A DNA stretch of 64,000 bases from Octopus vulgaris (GCA_951406725.2 OX597832.1:24304001-24368000); one strand, 5' to 3'. Positions 50,135 to 62,892 are shown, numbered from the stretch's first letter. Notes: generated by a model from the letters alone, not told the origin. Numbers and translations are program-made.

Positions 50135-50282
50135 CTTGCCACCCCCACCTCTTACAGCTTTTATCATGACAGGGAAACCAATTTTCTCTGCTTCTTCCTT
50201 CAGTTTGCTGTTACTTTGTTCTTCTCCGTGATAACCTTCGATGATAGGAACCCCAGCGTTGGACATGATGTTCTTGGAAGTA
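50135..50282 (-). CDS. MCCC1: MCCC1 exon
   Basis: [19 protein letters not shown]...[16 protein letters not shown]|gtaac. Confidence 0.95.
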
Positions 50283-51210
50283 CTGGAATTAAATGTGAGA
50301 CAAAAGAAGATTGGTTGAAGAGAATTATTTCATTCACTGAAGAGATATCTAATTATGATAATAATCACTCCAACACTCTTTGTGTGTTTTTATATATCTA
50401 TCTATATATGTGTATAGACACACACACATTAATGTTTGTTTTTATCTATATACTAGCACTATGACCCGGCAACGCTGGGTCATAGTGCTAGTGCATGCAT
50501 ATACAGCTGCGTGTGTGCACACATACACGTGAGTACTGTCCAAATCTCTGACCAATCACATACAGCTAGCTGGCATTCAATTGGCGTATCAAGTTTCGGG
50601 CATTTTGATTGGGTTTTGGATAGAAAATTCACAAAAAAAGTCACTTCTATTGATTTTTTTAATGGCTTTGCGGGGTGACTGGGGAAATGTAAAGATGTGC
50701 ATGACCACCCTTGGACGGTTTTGAATGACCATAGAAAGTGCAAGCCCTCTAACTGAAAAATTGTGGATTTGTATAAAGGACACGCACACACACAGACAGA
50801 CATTTTGCTGTTTATATATATAGAGATATAAGACAGAGTTTATGTGTGTGTGGGCGTATGTTCCTTACGGATTTGAAAACTGAGTTGCCAATTTTGACAT
50901 ATGAGGCATCAAAAGATTCAGTAATTTTTCAGCTACCAAATAAAGTATGTTTATTGCACAACTCTTTTTTACTACAAAAATAATCTCGAAAACAAAGTTG
51001 GGTCACACAATTTTGAGGTTTTTAGCTAAGGGAGGCAACTCTGCCTGAATAATCTTTATGTCTCAGATAGAGCATGAGAAAGCGTTCAAAATACATGGGG
51101 TTTTACCGGGGAATGAACACTTTGAAGATATACAGTCGTCTTGATTAGTATTAATTGAAGTCACTGTCAATATTATTCTCATTAGAGATGTGTGTGTGTG
51201 TTGTCATTAC

Positions 51211-51332
51211 CTTTTAATACCCATATCTCTGATAGCAGATGCTGGTGGACCAATGAATGTAACCCCTTCACTTTCACATTGCTCAGCAAATTCAGCATTT
51301 TCAGACAGGAACCCATAGCCAGGGTGTATGGC
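51211..51332 (-). CDS. MCCC1: MCCC1 exon
   Basis: [40 protein letters not shown]. Confidence 0.95.
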
Positions 51333-53804
51333 CTAGAAGAAAATGAAGACAATGAGATGAAGTGCTAAATGGACATTTCAAACCCAAGAGGTATATGAGA
51401 GTGATGTATTTAAAATAGAAAATTCTGCCAGTCTTGGTTGACTATAAATCACCATCATCATCACTTAACGTCCGCTTTCCATGCTAGCATGGGTTGGACG
51501 ATTTGACTGAGGTCTGGCGAAACAGACTCCAATCTGATCTGGCAGAGTTTCTACAGCTGGATGCCCTTCCTAACGCCAACCACTCTGAGTGTGTAGTGGG
51601 TGCTTTTACATGCCACCGGCACGAGGGCCAGTTTAGTGGTACTGGCAACGGCCACGCCCAAATGGTGCTTTTTATGTGCCACCTGCACAGGAGCCAGTCC
51701 AGCGGCACTGGCGACGACCTCGCTCGAATGTTTCAAGTGCAACAAGCACAAGTGCTAGTAAGGCGACGCGGTAATGATCATGCTCGAATGGTGTGTTTAA
51801 CGTGCCATCAGCACGAAGGCCAGCTTGTTGCTCTGGCAACGATCTCACTCGTATGGTACTCTTAGCACTCCACTAGCAATGGATGCCAGTCACCGAGTTT
51901 GATTTTGACTTCGATTTCACTTGCCTCAATGGGTCTTTGCAAGCAGAGCTTAGTGTCCAATGAAGAAAAGGCACACATAAGTGGACTGGTTACACCCCTG
52001 GCATAGGCCACAAGATTATGGTCATACTTATACTTGCCAAGTCTTCTGCAGCACAGCATATTTCCAGAGGTCCTGGTCACTAGTCATTGCCTCGGTGAGG
52101 CCCAATGTTTGAAGGTCATGCTTCACCACCTCATCCCAGATCTTCCTATGCTGGGACAAGGGCTTTTTTTTGTTAAGGGAGATGTGGTGATTTGTTGTAC
52201 TTGATAAGATGAATCAAGTTAAGTACAATTACTGTCTTCCACACGTACAGGCTTCTCCTTTCAGGTGTTGTGTAGACACCACCATGCTGGAGCCGCAGAA
52301 ATGCACCTCTGCCGATGCTACCGTAAACACACCATTGCTGGTGCCACTCTGCCAAGGGGTTGGCATTAGGAAGGGTATCCAGCCATAGAAACCATGCCAC
52401 AACAGACAACTGGAGTTTGGACAGCTCCCAGCTGGCCAGCTCCATGTAATCCCTTCCAACCCATGCCAGCATGGAAAGCAGACGTTAAAAGATGATGGAT
52501 GATGGTGATGACTGGCAGTCGTTCATGCATGAAGTCTCTTCACTTCATGCTATCAAAGAGAAAGGCTATTTTTTAAAGACTGATACAATCATTAAAAAAA
52601 AAGTCTAAAATAAATACACATTATTTACATTTGATGTGGGGGTGCGTGGCTTAGTGGTTAGGGTGTCAGCATCATGATTGTAAGATTGTGGTTTCGATTC
52701 CTGGACCGGGCGACGCGTTGTGTTCTTGAGCAAAACACTTCATTTCACGTTGCTCCTGTCCACTCAGCTGGCAAAAATGAGTAACGCTGCGATGGACTGG
52801 CGTCCCATCCAGCTGGGGAACACATACGCCATAGAAACCAGGAAACAGGGCCCAGGAGCCTGGCTAGGCTTTCAAAGAGCGTATTTATTTATTTTATTAT
52901 TATTTACATTTGATGGATATTTGCCCTCATCTTGTTTCTTGTTAACACAACGTTTCGGCTGATATACCCTTCAGCCTTAATGAGGTATCTTGGGGAAATT
53001 TCGAACCTGGCTTCTCTCTCCTAAGGTATTTTTCGATGTTATTATTATTATTATTCAGGTCACTGCCTGGAATTGAACTCGGAATCTTGGGATTAGTAGC
53101 CCATGTTCTTAACTACTAAGCCATATGCCTGTGAGCAATTATGGAGTGAATTTTTAGGGCTTACAAATCTAATATAGATTTAATATATGGCCTCGCCTGG
53201 CCCCCGTGCCGGTGGCACGTAAAAAGCACCATCCGACCGTGGCTGTTTGCCAGCCCCGTCTGGCACATAAAAAGCACCCACTACACTCACGGAGTGGTTG
53301 GCGTTAGGAAGGGCATCCAGCTGTTGAAACACTGCCAGATCAGACTGGAGCCTGGTGCAGCCTCCTGGCTTCCCAGACCCCAGTTGAACCGTCCAACCCA
53401 TGCTAGCATGGAAAGCGGACACTAAATGATGATGATGATGATGATTTATAAATCTAATATAGATTTAATATATAGAACTGTATAAAATAAATGTAATTGA
53501 GTTTGAATTACTGAACATTTGGATTTGGTGAGGAAGAAAGTCAGAGAGGAAGGATGGAGCAGCCGGAAAAGATGCACCACACAATACTTCATTCAACAAT
53601 GTAGGCATATGGCCTGGTGGTTAGGGCGTTTACATATGTATATATATCATCATTACCATTTAACATCCGTTTTCTATGTTGGCATGGGGAGGAGGTGGCT
53701 TTATGCCTGGCAATCAGAGGGATGACATATTTGGCTTGAATTACTGAAGGCTTAGCAAAGAAGAAATCCGTAGACGGGTGGAGATGGTGGTGTGGAGAAC
53801 ATAC

Positions 53805-53900
53805 CTTGGCACCGGAGAGCTTTGCAATGTTCAAGATCTTCTCATGCTGGAGGTAGCTCAGTTGGGATGCTGCGGGTCCAATGTGGTGGGCTTCATCTGC
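53805..53900 (-). CDS. MCCC1: MCCC1 exon
   Basis: ADEAHHIGPAASQLSYLQHEKILNIAKLSGAK|gtatgt. Confidence 0.95.
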
Positions 53901-54039
53901 CTGGAATTAAATGCAACAAAGTAATAAGAAGAACAATTTAAAAGGGTTCAAAGCATGGAAAGAGCATCATCATTGTCATCACCATTATATGTCCACTAGC
54001 TGGCCACATGATGTCAAAAATGATGTATTTTATATATAA

Positions 54040-54420
54040 GGCTTCCTGGAAAGTTCAGAGGAGGGGAGTAATGACATCCTGGAAATTTCTGAAGAGGAAT
54101 TACTTCCTGGAAAGCTCCGAGGAAGGGGAGAGATTAACTGGAATATTCCGAGGAAGGGAGGAGACTTCTTGCAATGTTCTGAATTTCTGGAAAGTTCTAA
54201 AGAGGGGAGGAATTACTTCCTGGAAAATTCCGAGAAGGAATAACTTTCTGGAAATTTCCGGGGATGAGATTACCTGGAAAAGAGGGTGGGGACAAGGAAA
54301 GTTCCAAGAAGGCAGAGGAACTACTTCCTGGAAAGTTCCGAGGAGGGGAGCAAAAAGTTCCGAGGATGAGAGTTCCTGGAAAATTCCAAGGGAAGAATCA
54401 CTTCCTGGAAATTTCTCAGG
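54040..54420. repeat. Degenerate ~30-bp minisatellite (acttcctggaaaattccgaggagggg)
   Basis: About 12 diverged units. Confidence 0.8.
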
Positions 54421-54485
54421 AGGGAGGGACTGTTAAACAAGAACGACAATGCAGGTAAAAAGAACAAAATAGGAAATATATTTAC

Positions 54486-54625
54486 CATGGCTGCGTGCAT
54501 AGAATTGCGGTCTGCCTCACTGAACACAGCGACAGAACGAATCCCCATTTTGCGTGCAGTCCGGATCACACGGCATGCTATCTCACCTCTGTTGGCTATG
54601 AGTATTTTATCGATGAGGCGAGACA
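54486..54625 (-). CDS. MCCC1: MCCC1 exon, start of the biotin carboxylase domain
   Basis: cacag|TG then [46 protein letters not shown]|gtaaa. Confidence 0.95.
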
Positions 54626-55104
54626 CTGTGTGGGGATAAAGCGACAGAGGTAAAAAAGAGAGTAAGCAAAATAAACAATTATATAAACAAATATAAAATA
54701 GAGTCAGAAACAAATGTTAGGTCATTAGTAGGTGCAGGTGTGGCTGATTGCTGTATGGGGAATCTGCACCCCCCCCCATGATTGACTAAGTGAACTATAC
54801 TAGTTAGTATGAATGAGCATAGACAGAACAGTCTGGGAAGAGTGTCCTATGAGCAGTCATAGTGTACAGGTCTTAGGAATTATTGGATAGAGATATCGTG
54901 GAGTGCTTGTTGAAGATACACAGTTGGAGAGTAATAAGAGATCAGGAACATTTGATATTATAACAGTTCAGATATATTGGTGACGATGAGAAGACGTATG
55001 TCATATCACTGAGTGATAAGGAGGTTTGCCAATCACAGGGTTTTGATTTCAGTCCCACAGCTTGGCATCTAGAAGCACACCAGCACAGTGGTCTCTCTTC
55101 TACA

Positions 55105-55456
55105 CCATTCCTGTTGTACAATTATGACCCTCGTTCCTTGCACTGTCTGCTACAAGGTCCAGTCCTAGTTGCAATGTGGTGCCTTTCAATGACCCTGAGA
55201 GCTATGCCAGCAGAGGGCAAGCTCCTAGTGGATTTTCTATAGCTGGATGGTCTTCCTTTCTGCCAACCTTCACCTGCTCCTAGGTTGACAAAAAGGAAGG
55301 CCATCCAGCCATAGAAAATCCGCTAGGAGCTTGCCCTCTGCTAGCATAGCTCTCAGGATCATTGAAAGGCACATAAAGCCACCACATTGCAACTAGAACT
55401 GGACCTTGTAGAAGGCAATGCAAGGAAGGAGGGCTATAATTGTACAACAGGAATGG
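55105..55456. repeat. Long inverted repeat (165/175-bp arms, 12-nt loop)
   Basis: 55105-55269 is the reverse complement of 55282-55456, mostly with transition mismatches. Confidence 0.9.
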
Positions 55457-55915
55457 GGATAGAGGGCATTGCCCACCTTAGAAGCACACCATCAGAGTGC
55501 ACCAGTACATGCTACAAGGCATAAATCTAGTAAGCAGCTTCTAATGAAGGAGATGAGAAAATGATGGCAGGGGGAACTGTATGGTTGAGGGCATAGAGGA
55601 ATTCTCAAGGCAGACATGACAGAAAATCTTGGTGACACAGAGGGGAACTGTGTGGCATTCACTAAAGTTCTTAAGGACAAGGTACGACAGGAGAGGAAAT
55701 TTCTGATAGAGCAGGCATTAGGGAAAGTGTACTAGAGCGAGGTGGGGACATGTTTACGAACAATTCCAATACATGAAAATCAAGTTGCTGCCAGGAATTG
55801 AACAGAATTAGTGAGAAAGAGAGAGGGAGGGAGACAGGGAGAGGGAGAGAGAGAAGGAGAAAGGGTGGGAGAGGCAGAGATTAAGAGAGAAAATGTTTAG
55901 GAATTATAGACTTAC

Positions 55916-55952
55916 TTGTTATTTCTGCTGGAAGTCAGGAATTCCAGAAACC
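55916..55952 (-). other. MCCC1: Candidate 37-nt MCCC1 exon; mostly 5' UTR, supplying the A of a split ATG
   Basis: ttttgcag|GGTTTCTGGAATTCCTGACTTCCAGCAGAAATAACAA|gtaagt. Its last A plus the next exon's TG gives ATG. There is an in-frame TGA upstream. Confidence 0.6.
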
Positions 55953-56024
55953 CTGCAAAACAATATATAACATATAAATATATGTATGCATATATAAATG
56001 TGTGTGTGTATATATATATACATA

Positions 56025-56069
<45 letters not shown>

Positions 56070-58060
56070 CACATGGACGTTAAATGATGATGATATCATA
56101 ATCATTATCAGCGTTTAACATCCACCTTCCATGCTGGCATGGGTGGGATGTTTTGTGAAGAGCTCGCCAGGCAGAAGGCTGCACCAGACGTCTGTGACTG
56201 CTTTGGTAGGATTTTTACTAACTTACTCCTCACTTTGATGGCTATAGACTCGTTCACTGTCTCTTCTTCATTGCCATCCTTGTATGTTCTTAACACGCAT
56301 ACGTCTATGTCTACATACACACGCATACATCTTATTCTCATAATACTCCACAGGTATTACAAACATTACATTCCATTACATGTGTTTCTGATTCTGAATA
56401 ATAGACAACTGACGGGCTTCGTTCAGTTTCCATCACCAAATCCACACAGAAGTTTTGGTCGGCCTGTGATTTAGTAGAAGACATCTGCCCAAGATACAAC
56501 ACTGTTATCTCTTTCGGACCACCACGTTCAACATTATCGCACAATTACGTGTTTTAGAGACGGTTTGCAAGAGACTTCAAGAAAGTCGGAATCGGTCAAA
56601 ACTAATTCAGATCCTACTTGCGATGCCATTATTTTTTTTTAGAACGATGAAATAAATCTTTGGTAAGCATCTGCGTGTTCGGTGAAAATATTCAGAAACA
56701 CAGGTGTGATATGAAGGAAATTTGGCTGCTATATCTAGCAGTATAAAGTCTACATAGAGGCAGACATTTTGGCTTAAGTATACATATATTTACAAGGATA
56801 TGTGCAGACATGGATAAAAGAACGTTTGAACAACACGATAAAAGAAGACAGATCACGTTGCTAGTTCAATTTCACAACACAAGTAATGTTTTTACGTTCT
56901 GAGTTCAAATTCCGCCGAGGTCAACTTTGCCTTTCATCTTTTCGGGGTCGATAAATAAAGTGCCAGTTTCGCACTGAGGTCGATGTCTGTCCTTGTTTGT
57001 CCCCTCTATGTTTAGCCCCTTGTGGGCAGTAAAGAATTATTTTTTGGAATGTTTCCTTTTTCACCAAAACAATTCTACTTTTTGACTTTTGCTTCAATAT
57101 TTTTTTAAACACGAAAAACGAATCAGCCCCACATGGTATATAAACTCGGATTAGCGCCACATAATCACCGTGATTAATATATACATATATATTAATCTAT
57201 GATAACAGTAACAAGGTTATAGGAACGACGTAAACAAAACAAAATGTAATTTGTGGGTTTGCCTTTTTACATAAAAGCAAGGTGACCGGTAATACTGTAA
57301 CAGTGCAAAGTGTAAAAGAACAATTTTAAAACATGAATACCAGCAATAAATATTTTATAATAATGACAACAACGGTAGCTTCCGTGTGAGATTCAATCAA
57401 ATAACAAAGATCTCATTTCGTGGAGGTCAAAATTGAGTTGCGAAGTAAAAATTCTACCTGATATTTTGATGGGAATTTCTTGTGACACGACCTGCAGGTG
57501 CGATATTTACAAAATATCAATTAAGACTGAAGAGTTCTCTCCCGTATCCCACCAACGGCTCGTCCTCGTTATTCTTTCAATTGTTCGGTGATTCGGTTAA
57601 TCTTTTCTTAGTGCAGCGATTCGATTATTCTGTCATTCATTCGTTTGTTTGTCTCTGACTTATCTTTGCTACACAAATGTCCTTGATAACTTGCACAGCA
57701 AAAGATTCCACCGGGTCGCTTAACCTGCAACAGATAACGTCCAAATATCCTGACGTCTTATATAAGATCAGAACAATGTACCGTATTTGTTATGCCATAT
57801 AAAATGAACTATATATATATATGTATACACTCTCTTTTACTTGTTTCAGTCATTTGACTGCGGCCATGCTGGAGCACCGCCTTTAGTCGAGCAAATCGAC
57901 CCCAGGACTTATTCTTTGCAAGCCTAGTACTTATTCTATCGGTCAATTTTGCCGAACCGCTAAGTTACGGGGACGTAAACACACCGCCATCAGTTGTCAA
58001 GCGAGGTTGGGGGGGGAGGGCAGACACACAAACATACACATACACACATACATACATACA

Positions 58061-58091
<31 letters not shown>

Positions 58092-58859
58092 ATACATATA
58101 CGACGGGCTTCTTTCAGTTTCCGTCTACCATATCCACTCACAAGGCTTTGGTCGGCCCGAGGCTATAGTAGAAGACACTTGGCCAAGGTGCCTCGCAGTA
58201 GGAATGAACCCGGAACCATGTGGTTGGTAAGCAAGCTACTTACCACACAGCCATCCTTATATATATTTCTTTACTACCCACAAGGGGCTAAACATAGAGG
58301 GGACAAACTAGGACAGAGAAAGGGATTAAGTCGATTACATCGACCTCATTTACGCACTGGGGTCGATATAATCGACTTAATCCCTTTGTCCTCTCTGTGT
58401 TTAGCCCCTTGTGGGTAGTAAAGAAATAGGTACTTAATATATCGACCCCGAAAGGATGAAAGGCAAAGTTGACCTCTGCGGAATTTGAACTCAGAACGTA
58501 GCTGCAGACGAAATACCTATTTCTTTACTACCCACAAGAGGCTAAACACAGAGAGGACAAACAAGGACAGCAGACAAATGGATTAAGTCGATTATATCGA
58601 TCCCAGTGCGTAACTGGTACTTATTTAATCGACCCCGAAAGGATGAAAGGCAAAGTCGACCTCGGCGGAATTTGAACTCAGAACGTAAAGGCAGACGAAA
58701 TACTGCTAACGTTTCTGACAGTTCGCCGTCATTTTCATTTTTTTTCCTTTGTTTTTCATTTTCTGATCATAAAACGAAAGAAAACCAGAAGTAGGCCTTG
58801 TGTATGAATTTTAGCGATCTAGCTCTGTATGCTTTAGTTTCGATTTTTGCCGGTTATTG

Positions 58860-59810
58860 ATTGACGGAAGTTAACGAATGATGACACAATCGGATCGGTC
58901 TCTTCCGATTCCGTCTGCCCTGTTCGATAATGTTCGCATTTAGTGAAAGCGCGCGCGCGCGTTTATGCGAGAGAGGGAGAGAGTGAGAGAAAGAGAAAGA
59001 GAAGTGAGAGCATGGAAAGATAGCATGCACGTGATTAGAGAGACAGAGAGAGAGAGGGAGAGCCAAGAATGGACAAATAGAAGAGAAAGAGAAAGAGAGG
59101 GGGGGCCAAGGATGGACAAAAAGAAGAGAAAGATTAAAGAGAAAGGAGATAAGAAAGAGTTAAGAGAGGGAGAGAGAGAGAAAAGGTAGAGAATGAGTCT
59201 GTCGAAAGAGAGAGAAAATGAACGTGACTAAAAAGAGCGGAGAAGTGAGGCTAAAGAGAGAGAGAGAAAATGTATTTTAAAATATGAAATAATGGGAACA
59301 ATTTTGGTTAGCGGAAGAAATTAGAAATTAAGCATGAATAAAGAGAATGACAGAGAAAAATCTGAGTTTGAATAAAGAGAGACACAAAGAATGAGGGAGA
59401 CTAAACTGAGAGAGAGAGACGAAGAAAGAGAGAGAGAGAGGGAGGAAGATTGGAAAGTGATCTTGATTAGACAAAGAAATTAAACTCGAATAAAGAGAAA
59501 GACAGAAAAAAACTGAGAGTAACTGAAGACAGAAATTGAGTGTGAATAATGAGAGAGTATGACTAAAGAAACAGAGGAAGAGAAATATGAATAAAGGGGG
59601 AAATAATATTGATTAGATAGATAGATATAGATAGAGAAATAGATATTGTTAGACAGGCAGACATATAAAGAGATAGATAGATAGGTAGATAGAGAGAGAG
59701 AGAGAGATAGATAGAGAGATAGATAGATAGATAAATTGATAGATAGATAGTTGGTTAAATAGATAGAGATAGATAAATAGATAGACAGACAGATAAAGAT
59801 AGATAGATAG

Positions 59811-59856
<46 letters not shown>

Positions 59857-59879
59857 ATAGATAGACAGACAAAGATAGA

Positions 59880-59911
<32 letters not shown>

Positions 59912-60300
59912 AAAAGATAGATAGATAGACAGACAGACAGAAAAAGATAGATAGATAGATGGAGAGAGAGAAATAGATAGAGAGAGAGAGAGATATAGAT
60001 AGATAGAAAGAAAGAAGGAAAGAAAGAAAAATATTGTCAAAGCGTTGAAGACAGATGTTACAGGAGAGTTCCACTAATTAATAAAAGCATGACCAGGAGA
60101 GTTCATCAGTCAACTTCCGGTTACCGGTTTTTTTTTGCATAAAACCTGATTTTTTTTTCTGGGTTGGGGTTGGTGTCTCACGGTTTTTTTGTGTCTCTTG
60201 TCCATCTCTCGCCTCAGCACACACTTCGAAATCGTCCCTTAGCTGACGTACGATAAGAGAAGGCACTACTGGCAGAAAAGCAAAGGAGAAGAAGCTTGTT
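58860..60300. promoter_or_regulatory. Probable divergent MCCC1/CDK8 promoter region
   Basis: CpG-enriched patches with ETS-like cores (acggaagt near 58864, acttccgg near 60113) lie between the head-to-head genes. Confidence 0.35.
59590..60030. repeat. (GATA/GACA/GA)n microsatellite
   Basis: Directly visible. Confidence 0.95.
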
Positions 60301-61137
60301 TTTTTTTCATTTTTTTTACCCCCAAAGAAAGAAGAAAACCAAAAAAAAGAGAAAAAATATATTTTAATTCCAGGAAAAAAGAAAAAAATATTCACAGCAA
60401 GCAAGGAAGGAAGAAGAAGAGGAACCCCCTATCGAAGAGTGTCGAGGTGGACGTGTATATTTTAGACAAGACTATTCCAAACATTCATTATTTAACAGTA
60501 TTATCACAAAAGCAGAACACCAAAGTAACAATTAGTAGCATTAATTTGCTAATTACCATTAATTATTACCATAACTCTTTGTATTTACCATCATCAGCAA
60601 CAACAATAACATGAATAGCAGTCCATATGCACACATACATTTATGCATACATATTATATACGCATACGCATATACACGCACTTGCATATACACGCATATG
60701 CAAGCTGATTGATACAAAGGTAATAATTATGTGAGCCAATTAAGCTGAACTTACATTGGCTTTGATAACATTTAAAGCAGGGATATTATTATATATATAT
60801 ATATATATGTATATATATAGTGAACAGAAATAATGTTATTCATATCTTTAATAATAATATAACATTCGTAAAAAAAAAAAAAAAATACCAATTATAATAT
60901 TTCTTTCTTTATTTTTATTTCTTTTAATAATTAATTTTTCACTCTTTTATATATATATATATGTATATATCTATATATATATTTTTCAAGAGACAAAACT
61001 ACCATCATCTTTATCATCATTAAAAAATTTTACTAATGGACCTTTCATCACATCATCATCATCATCATTATCTTCGTTATTCCTAAATAATAATAACAAC
61101 ACCAACAACACCAACACCACCAAGAACAACATCAATA

Positions 61138-61265
61138 ATGGATTATGATTTCAAGATGAAAACTGCTGCTGAGCGTGCGAAGGTTGAAGAGTTGTTTGAC
61201 TATGAAGGTTGTAAAGTAGGAAGAGGTACATACGGACATGTTTATAAAGCCAAACGGAAAAACAG
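61138..61265 (+). CDS. CDK8: CDK8/CDK19 first coding exon; the gene continues beyond the window
   Basis: [42 protein letters not shown]|gtgagt, the diagnostic Mediator-kinase N-terminus. Confidence 0.96.
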
Positions 61266-61314
61266 GTGAGTCTCTCTGTCTCTCTTTCTCTCTCTCTCTC
61301 TCTCTGTCTGTCTT

Positions 61315-61529
61315 ATACACACATCTAGTAAATAAATACGTTTCACCAATTATACATACATGTATAGACACACACACATACTGACAATGTTGTACACTGC
61401 ACACACACACACACTGACATGTATGTATAAGAAGTTTTATATCATTGGTTATATACATCTAGTAAATAAATACATTTCACTAATTATACATACATGCATA
61501 GATACACACACACACTGACAATGTTGTAC

Positions 61530-61583
<54 letters not shown>

Positions 61584-61752
61584 TGTATAAGAAGTTCTAT
61601 ATCATTGGTTATATACATCTAGTAAATAAATACATTTCACTAATTATACATACATGTATAGATACACACACGCACTGACAATGTACACTGCACACACACA
61701 CACATTTACACACACACATGTATGTATAAGAGGTTCTATAATTGGTTATATG
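61315..61752. repeat. Three tandem ~135-165-bp units with variable (CA)n in CDK8 intron 1
   Basis: catctagtaaataaatac recurs near 61322, 61456 and 61616. Confidence 0.85.
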
Positions 61753-62095
61753 TCGCGAAATCGTTAATCCAGACACAATTTTGCTCTTTCCGCTTTCTTT
61801 CCTGATTCCTTAAACCGGAGGCTCAAAACATCAGCTTTTCCCATTTTACCTACTAACTAATGTCTCTTTCATCTGTACATTTCAACCATATATATACATA
61901 TATATATATGTATATATTTATATATATATATATATATATACATACAAGATAAGAAAATGGAGAAATACATCTAAATCAAATATCAATTACCAGATAATAC
62001 TCAATCACATACTTTATTAAACCACCACATAAGAGACTGTAGGGTTAAACATATCCCATGGAGTGTTGCATTTACAACCCCTATCTCAATTTGTA

Positions 62096-62133
<38 letters not shown>

Positions 62134-62219
62134 ATAAGGGTTCAGCAAAAAAATTTACTTTACCACACACCGAACTTTTAGAAATAGCAGCCAAAGAATT
62201 TAGCTATTTCCCCTACTGG

Positions 62220-62271
<52 letters not shown>

Positions 62272-62892
62272 TAGAAATAAAACCACTATTATGCAACTCA
62301 AACAGTGACAGACATAACAAATAATATATATATATATATATATTTTATAAAATGAATGATAAATATATAATATAAGTACTTATTATATTATATATTTGTT
62401 ATTCATTTTATACTTTTTGAGATCTAGTTAGTTATATATTTAAAATATATATAAATTGAGGGTGAAAAATTGGATAATAATTTGATAACATCAATTTTAA
62501 CACCAGTGGTCTAGCATATAAAAAAAACTGAGATTCAGTAAATAGTATTACATACATAAATATAAAGAGGGAATTTGTTTAACCACTATGTGGAAACCCT
62601 TATGCTAGAAGAAGATCCGCTATGGTCTCAATTCTCAGTGGTTGAGACCATAGCATAAGGGTTACCACATAGTGGTTAAAAAATTCCTTCTTATATTTAT
62701 ATTTGAAATACTATATATAATTATCAATAATAGAGGGTGAAATTAATTAATTTAGAAATAATCATTAATTTCACCAAGTAGAGTTCGGCATGTAAAAGCC
62801 CCATTCAAGGAAGGTTTAAGTAATACTAAGTAATTAAGGGTTTAGCAACGATTTGCCTCACCACACACCGAATTTAGAAATAGCAGTCAAAA

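Larger units (their letters stand above)
32306..55952 (-). other. MCCC1: MCCC1 gene span (biotin carboxylase + BT + biotinyl domains); 2025 nt CDS, 674 aa from a split ATG; 5' end uncertain
   Basis: Motifs [81 protein letters not shown] and IAMKME. These, and the exon sizes as I recall them, fit MCCC1 better than PCCA, PC or ACC. Confidence 0.93.

Noticed and set aside
56534-56629. Minus-strand ATG ORF MASQVGSELVLTDSDF as MCCC1 exon 1
   Set aside because: Acidic and not presequence-like; its possible donors are phase 0 and lead into the in-frame TGA.
57456-57600. Upstream MCCC1 coding exon ending cag|gtagaa
   Set aside because: No ATG, and stops in all three frames; at most a 5' UTR exon.
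59480-60074. 186- and 141-aa hydrophobic ORFs
   Set aside because: Translations of (TATC)n.
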